This document shows positions 41,420 through 49,252 of a DNA stretch of 52,987 bases, piece by piece (position 1 is the first letter of the stretch; each line of letters begins with the position of its first letter). A model generated the notes under the pieces. It was not told the origin of the DNA, ran no database searches, and saw only the letters and a program-made list of their open reading frames with translations. The position numbers were made by a program, and so were the translations under genes. This DNA is from an uncultured bacterium (lineage in GTDB: Bacteria > Latescibacterota > CAZTBA01): positions 1-52,987 of the forward strand of contig CAZTBA010000002.1 in assembly GCA_964611725.1 (NCBI GenBank), given 5' to 3'.

Positions 41420-43252
41420 GTGAAGCTTCTGGGAAACCGGGCGATGGGCATTATTCTCCCAGCTATCACTGCGCTAATGATATCCGTGCCTGATGCATCT
41501 GCATCTCAAGAGATCTCGGAGGAGCCCGTCTACTGGCTCGACGAGATCGTGGTCACAGCCACCAGATCCAAAAGATCGATAAAGGATCTCTCAGCTACCG
41601 TTAGTATTGTGACGAGGGAGGATATAGAGAGTTCGAGCGCCGGGATCGTGCTCGACCTCCTGAAGGAGCTTCCCGGAGTTTTCGTAAGCAAACAGGAAAC
41701 CTTCGGGAGGGCGGACATCTCGGTAAGGGGGATGGGGGACAACGGCAGGAAAATAATGGTGCTCGTGGACGGAAGGCCCGTGAAGATGGGAATATTCGGC
41801 TGCACTATAACACACTCGCTTCCTCTTGACAATGTCGAGAGGATAGAGGTTGTGAGGGGCCCCTCATCGGTACTATATGGTTCGGATGCGCTCGGTGGTG
41901 TGGTAAACGTAATAACGAAGTCTGCCGAGAGGAAAACTGAAGGGGGCCTGAAGATATCCTACGGTGCCTACGACACGAGGCAGTTCCTCGCCAGGTTCGG
42001 AGGCAAATCCGGAAGGTTTGACTATTACCTCACAGGCGGACGCAAGCTCTCCGACGGACACAGGTTGAACGGTGGATACGGATCGTGGGACTACACAGCC
42101 AAAGCCGGTTATACCCTCAATGGCCAACTCAAGACCACCTTCCTCGGAAAGTATTTCCATGGAAACAAGAGGGAGCCCGGCCCGATATCCTCGCCGACCC
42201 CGGATGCATGGGACGATTACGAGCGCTATGCCTTCGATCTGAGCCTGAGCGGGAAAATCGGAGGATCTGAAGGATATTTCAAGCTATACAGAAATTCCGG
42301 GGAACACAAATTTTCCGATGATTTCCACTCCAAGGACTTCACGAACGGAGCCATAATATCCATTAGCACAAAGCTTATTCCAACTTACGAAATAACCGGA
42401 GGAATAGAGTTCAGGAATATGGGCGGGGAGCAGCTTTCGGACATTGATTTCGCTGATAAAGGCAACTGGGATAGAACCGAATCGGCAGTCTACATTCGGA
42501 ACGAATACAGGGTCATAACGGAGCTTGTGCTTTCGGCGGGAGCGAGGTTCAACCATGATTCAGTGTCGGGAGACGAGCTATTACCCCACTTAGGACTTGT
42601 CTATCACCTCGATCCGAATACGGCTTTGAGATTAGCAGGCAACAAGGGTTTCCGTTCCCCTCAGATAAACGAGCTCTACCTCTTCATCCCCGCCAATCCT
42701 GACCTCAAGCCCGAAAAGGTCTGGAACTTCGAAGCCGGGGTTGACAGGAGACTCTCGGATGAGCTCTCGATCGATCTGGCCGCTTATTATATGGATGGAC
42801 AAAATATCATAGAGAAAGCTACTAACCCGAATCCTCCTCCCATGTATAAGTTCGTCAATTCCGGAGATTTCACCTTTAAAGGAGCCGAGCTCGGGATCAG
42901 ATTCGACAGAGAGAAGGGGCCCTATGGGAAGCTCTACTATTCGTATATGGATCCCGGCGAAAAGACAGCCGGAAGGCCGAGAGATAGGCTCAATCTTATA
43001 CTCGGCTACAGGATGGAGAGGACGAGTTTACTCCTATCCTCACGTTACGTGACCGGGCTCTATGCGCAGGACAATTCTGAAGATAAGCTCCCGGACTACT
43101 TCGTGGCGGATGCTAAGCTAACTTTCAAATTGAATCACAACTTCGACCTTTTCGTATCGGCTGAAAACGTCCTGGACAAAGATTACGAGATCGAAAAGGG
43201 TTATCCGATGCCTGGCAGGAACTTCTCAGCCGGGGTATGGGTACGACTTTAA
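41420..43252 (+). CDS. TonB-dependent outer-membrane receptor
   Basis: Signal peptide, TonB box DEIVVTA, plug ERIEVVRGPSSVLYGSDALGGVVNVIT, ENVLDK.Y...PGR end. Confidence 0.95.
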   Translation: MKLLGNRAMGIILPAITALMISVPDASASQEISEEPVYWLDEIVVTATRSKRSIKDLSATVSIVTREDIESSSAGIVLDLLKELPGVFVSKQETFGRADISVRGMGDNGRKIMVLVDGRPVKMGIFGCTITHSLPLDNVERIEVVRGPSSVLYGSDALGGVVNVITKSAERKTEGGLKISYGAYDTRQFLARFGGKSGRFDYYLTGGRKLSDGHRLNGGYGSWDYTAKAGYTLNGQLKTTFLGKYFHGNKREPGPISSPTPDAWDDYERYAFDLSLSGKIGGSEGYFKLYRNSGEHKFSDDFHSKDFTNGAIISISTKLIPTYEITGGIEFRNMGGEQLSDIDFADKGNWDRTESAVYIRNEYRVITELVLSAGARFNHDSVSGDELLPHLGLVYHLDPNTALRLAGNKGFRSPQINELYLFIPANPDLKPEKVWNFEAGVDRRLSDELSIDLAAYYMDGQNIIEKATNPNPPPMYKFVNSGDFTFKGAELGIRFDREKGPYGKLYYSYMDPGEKTAGRPRDRLNLILGYRMERTSLLLSSRYVTGLYAQDNSEDKLPDYFVADAKLTFKLNHNFDLFVSAENVLDKDYEIEKGYPMPGRNFSAGVWVRL

Positions 43253-43276
43253 AGAGCCTTATGAAAGGAGAAAGAT

Positions 43277-43708
43277 TTGGAAGATCTCCCTGAAGAGTTG
43301 AAATCGGCCAAAAAATTCCACTCCCACCTCGGCCCGAACCTCGCGATTGGCCTGAAGGTGGGGGAATCGATAGTCAAGAGGTTTGGGAACACACCCTTCT
43401 CCATAAAGATAAAGGCATTCACCGGAAAAGAGCCGCCGTTGTCCTGCGTGATCGATGGGCTTCAGTTATCGACACCTGCAACCATCGGGAATGGAGGTAT
43501 AAAGATATACGAAGGTGGCAGGCAAGAGGTGGCTGCTTTCTGTGGCGGAAAGGAGCTCAGGATAAAGCTTAGATCTGGTGTGAAAAGCTATGTGGAATCG
43601 AAGGACCTCAGCAGAGCAGACGAAGAGAAAATGGAGGAGATATCCCTGGAGATCTGGAGGATGACGGAGGAAGAGCTTTTCGAGATCGAGGAAAGGGGCA
43701 TAGCTTGA
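43277..43708 (+). CDS. FmdE-family metal-binding protein
   Basis: FHSHLGP..AIG, CVIDGLQ, ATIGNG. Confidence 0.82.
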   Translation: MEDLPEELKSAKKFHSHLGPNLAIGLKVGESIVKRFGNTPFSIKIKAFTGKEPPLSCVIDGLQLSTPATIGNGGIKIYEGGRQEVAAFCGGKELRIKLRSGVKSYVESKDLSRADEEKMEEISLEIWRMTEEELFEIEERGIA

Positions 43709-44235
43709 ATTCATCGAGGAGGATGGACAGCAGTTTTCTGACATATTCGGCGCTCCTTACAGCCGCCGGAATCCTTCTGCCGCTCATTTTCCATACCTTC
43801 GGGATCGCCGGAAAAATATTCCTACCCATGCATTTCCCGGTGATAGTAGCGGGCATGATGTTGGGTCCTCTCGGTGGCCTCATAGTCGGTGGACTGAGCC
43901 CAATTCTAAGCTCACTCCTTACGGGGATGCCGCCCTTCCCGACGGTGCTCCTGATGGTTCCAGAGCTTATCACCTACGGCGTCGCAAGCGGGATCCTCTA
44001 CAAGAAGTTGAGGATAAATGTATTCGCAGCTCTGATAATATCGCTGATACTTGGCCGGATAGCATTCGGCATATCGGCCTGGGCACTTGCCGGCGTACTG
44101 GGTCTCCACATAGGACCGGTTAAGCTCGTCACGGCGGGGGTAATAACAGGTCTCCCGGGAATCGCCGGACAGATCGTGCTTATACCCTTGATAATAAAGA
44201 GAATATCCCAGAAGACCCAGCCGATCACAGATTGA
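43705..44235 (+). CDS. ECF transporter substrate-specific (S) component
   Basis: Hydrophobic 176 aa; LPMHFPV, G...GP..G, TGMPP, GLPGIAGQ. Confidence 0.85.
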   Translation: MNSSRRMDSSFLTYSALLTAAGILLPLIFHTFGIAGKIFLPMHFPVIVAGMMLGPLGGLIVGGLSPILSSLLTGMPPFPTVLLMVPELITYGVASGILYKKLRINVFAALIISLILGRIAFGISAWALAGVLGLHIGPVKLVTAGVITGLPGIAGQIVLIPLIIKRISQKTQPITD

Positions 44236-44264
44236 AAGTGTTGCATGTGGTACTGAAAACCTCG

Positions 44265-44379
44265 CTCCACATATCCCGTCAAACCCACCTGTCAACCAGC
44301 GGCCCTGAGAGATCCCGTCTTCACCCCGTTTTGATCCATCTGAAAATTAAGGAGAAAGTGCTTGACGGGATATCTGGAG
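44265..44379. repeat. 115-bp segment bounded by 18-bp inverted repeats
   Basis: CTCCACATATCCCGTCAA (44265-82) vs TTGACGGGATATCTGGAG (44362-79), 17/18 complementary. Confidence 0.7.
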
Positions 44380-44390
44380 ACTTCTATATT
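44362..44390 (+). promoter_or_regulatory. Sigma70-type promoter
   Basis: TTGACG-N17-TATATT; AAGGAGG RBS before GTG 44478. Confidence 0.7.
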
Positions 44391-44477
44391 TCAGAGAATT
44401 TGGGTTATTCGGTCAACAAGGGGGCCGTTCTCCGCGAAAAATAGCCACGATCGGACCTTATAAGGAGGCCAGGGACT

Positions 44478-45470
44478 GTGTCTTTCCTGCCTGAGCTACA
44501 CGTCACCTCCGTGCGTAAGATCTTCGACGACGGCAATCACAATGCCTTTACCGACCTGTGCCGCTTCCGCGACCGCTTCTACCTGAGCTTCCGAACCTGT
44601 CCCGATGGCCACGGCGTCTTCCATACCTCCCAGATCGTCATCCTCTCCAGTGTGAATGCAAGGGAATGGGAGGAGGTTTTCACCTTCGGCGTGTCCGGAC
44701 GTGATGTGCGTGACCCACATTTCCTCATCTTCCGCGACCGGCTCTTCGTCTATACTGGCACCTGGCTGGTGTCGTCCCCTACCGGGTCACTGGACCTCAA
44801 CGACCACCTGGGCTACGGTGCCTGGAGCCAGGATGGGCGTTCGTGGCAGGGACCGCACCACCTCGAAGGCACCTACGGCCACTACATCTGGCGCGCAGCT
44901 TCCCACGGCGACAGGGCCTACCTGTGCGGCCGGCGTCGCCGGGCCTTCGCCTCTCTGCACGAAGGGGAGTCCGGTCGTGAACTCATCGAGGGGGCACTGC
45001 TGGAGAGCGAGGATGGGTTGGTGTGGAAGTTCAGGGGGCTGTTCACGGAAAGCTACGGGGACGAGACCGCTTTTATCTTCGAAGAGGATGGCTCGATCCT
45101 GGCCCTGGCACGTGGTGCTGGCCCACAACCCGCACGCCTCTGTCGTTCGCAAATCCCTTACGAAGAGTGGATGCGGACGGATCTGGACCGCAACGTCGGC
45201 GGTCCACTGTTGGTCAAATGGGGAAAACACTACCTGGCCGGTGGACGAAAAACCCTCGACCCCGAGTGCCCACGAACAACCCTCTACTGGGTGACTGGCA
45301 ACCAACTGCGGGAGATCACCGAACTGCCCAGCGGCGGCGATAATTCCTATCCGGGCTTCGTCGCACTCGACGAACGCCGGGCATTGCTCTCCTACTACTC
45401 CAGCCACGAGGGCAGCGGCTCCGGGCTCCCGCCGTCTGCCATCTACCTGGCCGAACTCAGCCTGGATTAG
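44478..45470 (+). CDS. Sialidase-like beta-propeller protein
   Basis: HNAFTDL, RDP, Asp-box-like SQDGRSW and SEDGLVW, GDNSYPG. Confidence 0.75.
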   Translation: MSFLPELHVTSVRKIFDDGNHNAFTDLCRFRDRFYLSFRTCPDGHGVFHTSQIVILSSVNAREWEEVFTFGVSGRDVRDPHFLIFRDRLFVYTGTWLVSSPTGSLDLNDHLGYGAWSQDGRSWQGPHHLEGTYGHYIWRAASHGDRAYLCGRRRRAFASLHEGESGRELIEGALLESEDGLVWKFRGLFTESYGDETAFIFEEDGSILALARGAGPQPARLCRSQIPYEEWMRTDLDRNVGGPLLVKWGKHYLAGGRKTLDPECPRTTLYWVTGNQLREITELPSGGDNSYPGFVALDERRALLSYYSSHEGSGSGLPPSAIYLAELSLD

Positions 45471-45524
45471 ACGAAAATGCGATACCTTGAGTCGCCCGTA
45501 ACCACCCCTGCTTAGAGGAGAACC

Positions 45525-47534
45525 ATGTCTGATAAATTGCCTGATACATTGATCGCCCTGCGGGTTGCTCCCGGCTACTGGCTTGACCCACACAGAATGG
45601 CGGAGCTGCTCAGGTGGCTTGGGACGAGGCCGGGGACGGTGGATGAGATCGCGCTCTTCAGTTCCTTCACGCACCCCCCACTGCCCATCGATGTCATCGC
45701 AAGTCGCTGCGAGCGGCTTGCGGAAGCTATGCCACAGGTGCGTGAAGGGGGATACACCGTAGGCGTGAACGTCCTGGCAACAATAGGCCATCACGAAGAG
45801 AACCTTCCGGGATCTCTCTCGGAGCCCTGGACCCGGGCAACCGATCCCCGCGGGCGGGTCTGCCTGGGCAGCTACTGTCCTACAGACCTGCAGTTGCTCC
45901 ACTATGTGGAGGAGCTCTACACCCTCGTTGCGGCAGCGGGACCCGATTTTATATGGATCGACGACGATGTGCGCTTGATGGGACACATGCCTGTGGGGGC
46001 CACCTGCTTCTGTGATCGGTGTATCGAACGTTTCAACCGTGAGGCAGGGTGCAGCCACACACGCGGGAGCCTGAGTGCAGCCATGAACGGCACGCCTGCA
46101 CCGGAGCGCGAAAGGCTGCGTCTCCTCTGGCTGGACCACAACCGCAGGGTGATCACTGAGCTGCTCCGCACCGCCACAGAAGCCGTCCACCGGGTCAGTC
46201 CGGGTTTACCGTTGGGCTTTATGACAGGCGACCGCTTCTACGAAGGCTATGCCTTCGAGGAATGGGCGGAGACGCTTGAAGGACCGCACTCACCGCCCCC
46301 GCGCTGGCGCCCCGGAGGGGGTTTCTACTCCGATGAGAGGTACATCGACCTCATAGATAAGGCAAATGCGATAGGAAGGCAGGTAAGCCAGCTCCCACCC
46401 CGCGTGTCCGTCATCCAGTCCGAAATCGAAAACTTTCCCTATCAGCGTCTTGACAAAAGCGCGGCGATAACCGTGCTGGAAGGGATCGCCCACATGGCCG
46501 CTGGCGCCAGCGGACTGGCACTGAACGTCATAGGCGAACCGGAAGCATTGGACGATGAGTACACGCCTTTTCTCGATGGAGTCCAAAGGGCACGATCCCT
46601 CCTCGAGACTTTGAGGGAGGCTGCAGGGAGAAGTCCTTGCGAGGGTTTCTGGCCGGCCTGGAACCGTGATATCTACGCCGATCGCGGCCTGACGGGCGAT
46701 TGGCCAAACCACAATCAAAGCACAGCAGCGCTCGAGCTCCCCTACGTACTCGGCCATATCGGCATCCCAATCGCCTACAGTTCTCAGGGAGCGAGCGCGA
46801 GCATCCTGGCGGGACCCCTGCCGCGGGCCTTCTCGGCTGAGGAGCTGGAGAGGATCTTTTCAGGAGGTGTGCTGCTCGACGGCGAAGCCCTTGCGGCACT
46901 GGAAGACATGGGGCTTGGTGGTTGGGCGGGTGTTCGCATCGCCGAAACGTTCGATGTCGATGCGATAGAGGTGTTCACCGACCACCCACTAAACGGAGGG
47001 TATACAGGCTGGCACCGCGATTGCAGGCAATCTTTCTGGCGACAGCCTGCCTACCGGCTCGAGCCGATCGAACCCGGGGTTGAGACACTGGCGAGGATAG
47101 CGGATTATCGGGATAACGATCTGGGTCCCTGCATGACATCCTACGAGAATCCCCAGGGTGGCCGGGTGGTGGTAATGGGCTATTCCCCCTGGCAGAGGAT
47201 CTACAACTTGTGTAAGACCATGCAACTGAAGGCAATCTGTCAGTGGCTGAGCCGGGACCATCTGCCTGCGGTTATTGAAACCTATGCTAAGGTCGTAGTC
47301 TGGGCGCGACGGAGCACCGAGGGGAAGCTTGTACTAGTGATCATTAACGTTTCTCTGGATCCCATATCTGAACTGGTGTTGAGGGCCCGGTCCCGAGGGA
47401 CGAAGGTCGCCTGCCGATCCATGTCAGAAGAGCAGTATATTGTCACTGCGGAACCGGATGGTTCCGAACATGTGCGCGTCCGAATACCCGATGTCGCACC
47501 GTGGAGCGCGTATCTCCTCTTGTGGCAGGACTGA
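45525..47534 (+). CDS. Uncharacterised glycoside hydrolase-like protein
   Basis: WIDDDVR, CFCDRC, C-terminal glutamine-amidotransferase-like region (GGVLLD...GGRVVV); RBS GAGGAG. Confidence 0.6.
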   Translation: MSDKLPDTLIALRVAPGYWLDPHRMAELLRWLGTRPGTVDEIALFSSFTHPPLPIDVIASRCERLAEAMPQVREGGYTVGVNVLATIGHHEENLPGSLSEPWTRATDPRGRVCLGSYCPTDLQLLHYVEELYTLVAAAGPDFIWIDDDVRLMGHMPVGATCFCDRCIERFNREAGCSHTRGSLSAAMNGTPAPERERLRLLWLDHNRRVITELLRTATEAVHRVSPGLPLGFMTGDRFYEGYAFEEWAETLEGPHSPPPRWRPGGGFYSDERYIDLIDKANAIGRQVSQLPPRVSVIQSEIENFPYQRLDKSAAITVLEGIAHMAAGASGLALNVIGEPEALDDEYTPFLDGVQRARSLLETLREAAGRSPCEGFWPAWNRDIYADRGLTGDWPNHNQSTAALELPYVLGHIGIPIAYSSQGASASILAGPLPRAFSAEELERIFSGGVLLDGEALAALEDMGLGGWAGVRIAETFDVDAIEVFTDHPLNGGYTGWHRDCRQSFWRQPAYRLEPIEPGVETLARIADYRDNDLGPCMTSYENPQGGRVVVMGYSPWQRIYNLCKTMQLKAICQWLSRDHLPAVIETYAKVVVWARRSTEGKLVLVIINVSLDPISELVLRARSRGTKVACRSMSEEQYIVTAEPDGSEHVRVRIPDVAPWSAYLLLWQD

Positions 47535-47624
47535 ACCTATCTCCCACAGATAGTCCGGCTCCGCCCGGCAGCAGCTTCGAACCGTAAAGTCCCGTTGCGA
47601 TGTGACAAAAGCGATCTTAGGGCC

Positions 47625-47729
47625 ATGTCAACCTGGGATGCACGTGATCTGTCCAGTGGATTTTATGTATATACGCTTAAATCTGCGAAAGACGTATTAT
47701 GTTCCCACAGGGCCGCGTTGCTAAGGTAG
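47625..47729 (+). pseudogene. Remnant of a T9SS/FlgD-type C-terminal sorting domain
   Basis: Hand translation MSTWDARDLSSGFYVYTLKSAKDVLCSHRAALLR* resembles W-x5-SG-x-Y-x-Y-x-L...LL[RK]*. Confidence 0.55.
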
Positions 47730-47845
47730 TGCCGATAGTCCTGTGAGCTGTTGGGAGCCATTGAATAGATTTATACCCCTGATTTGAATGATTGGAACTT
47801 CGGGAACTGGTATGAACGATACGGGACATCAGCGAGGTAAAGGCT

Positions 47846-48940
47846 ATGACACCACGTGAGCGATTCCAGAGGATCATGCATTTTCAGAAACCAGACAGCA
47901 TCCCGCTTTGGGACCTCGAAGGTATCACCGAAGGTGCTGTGAGGCAGTGGTGTATAGACGGATTTCCGCCTGGCAGGGACGTGCGTCAGTTTATCGACTT
48001 TGAACCGCACGTGCGCGTGCCGCTCAGCACCGAGCCGATTCCCGGCTTCGTGCCGCGTGTAATTGCTGAGGACAAAGATAGTATAACCACAATTGACCAG
48101 TATGGTTTCAAGGTCAAGACCATCAAAGAGCATGCGGTCCCACCCACCGTTTACTATTACGTTGAAGGTTCGGTCAAGACTCGTCGGGACTGGCAGGAGA
48201 TGAAGAAACGATACGATCCGGGCGATATACGCCGGCGTCCTACATACTGGGGTGAGGAGCTACTCGAATATTACAACAATGTGGACAGTCCTGTATCGCT
48301 AAATGTTGTCTGGGGACCTGGCAGAGGGCCCAAAAACGGTTACATGCTGGGTCTGGAAAGGTTCCTTGAGGCGTTGCATGACGAGCCTGCATTCATACAT
48401 GACATCTTTGATTTCTGGGCAGATTTCGTCATCGAGCTTGTGCGCGAGCTGGTAGACAGGGCAGATATAGATTTCGTCTGGCTTTCCGAGGATGGCCTTG
48501 CGTATAAGAACTCCACCCTGATCTCGCCAGCGATGTACGGTGAGTTCTGGAGTCCTTATGTAAAGCGGGTCACCGACTTTCTTCGTGCTCACGACATTCA
48601 GTTCATTGGGCATTACACGAGCGGCAATATCAAGCCGCTGATCCCGTCCTTTCTGGAGTCAGGCATCAACCTTCTTGGTCCCCTCGAATGTGCGGCCGCG
48701 ATGGATGCCGTAGAACTCCGGAAGGAGTATGGTCAGGACCTGTTGATGATGGGGAACATATCCCGTGCGGCCCTCATGGAGGGACCTGATGCCGTCGAGA
48801 AGGAATTCTACAGCAAGGTCCCGTTGTTGATGGAGAAAGGGGGTTACATCCCCGCGGTGGACGATATGATCCTTCCTGATATCTCTTTTGCGTCCGTGAT
48901 GAGATATGTTGAGCTCGTGAGGGAGTTTGAGATTAAGTGA
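47846..48940 (+). CDS. Uroporphyrinogen decarboxylase (UroD/MtaA-CmuA) family protein
   Basis: MTPRERF, ISP.MY.EF..PY, MD..ELRKEYG...MGNI, GGYIP..D. Confidence 0.85.
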   Translation: MTPRERFQRIMHFQKPDSIPLWDLEGITEGAVRQWCIDGFPPGRDVRQFIDFEPHVRVPLSTEPIPGFVPRVIAEDKDSITTIDQYGFKVKTIKEHAVPPTVYYYVEGSVKTRRDWQEMKKRYDPGDIRRRPTYWGEELLEYYNNVDSPVSLNVVWGPGRGPKNGYMLGLERFLEALHDEPAFIHDIFDFWADFVIELVRELVDRADIDFVWLSEDGLAYKNSTLISPAMYGEFWSPYVKRVTDFLRAHDIQFIGHYTSGNIKPLIPSFLESGINLLGPLECAAAMDAVELRKEYGQDLLMMGNISRAALMEGPDAVEKEFYSKVPLLMEKGGYIPAVDDMILPDISFASVMRYVELVREFEIK

Positions 48941-48972
48941 GGCCTGGTCATAATTTGGGACCCACAGATCCT

Positions 48973-49004
48973 GTACAGGGGGCAGGTTTGAAGCCTGTCC
49001 TTAC
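48973..49004. repeat. Degenerate GTAG-class REP-like palindrome
   Basis: GTACAGGGGGCAGGTTTGAAGCCTGTCCTTAC: GGGGCAGG/CCTGTCCT stem with GTA...TAC ends. Confidence 0.5.
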
Positions 49005-49252
49005 CAAAGGTTCTGAAGGTGGATACAAAGTCTATGTGACCTTTCTCCCCGGCTGTATCTAAGAAGGTGACACAGCAGTGAGCTTACGTAAACTGCACAT
49101 TTCATCCCTGCATTGTGCGCGGCACAGTGCCATTTGGATATGCCGGGCATATAGTTCCTCAGTCAGATCCGTGATCGCTTCCAGAGGAATCCCGCTGTAT
49201 CCTCGGACATGATTTCCCGAGGCAACGGATAGATAACACCAGAGGAGCCCTT

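Noticed and set aside
44787-46190. 467-aa minus-strand ORF
   Set aside because: Antisense to two genes with RBS and recognisable motifs; no motifs of its own; expected in GC-rich coding DNA
47532-47560. Selenocysteine recoding at TGA 47532
   Set aside because: The hairpin lacks bacterial SECIS geometry and the context is not a redox motif
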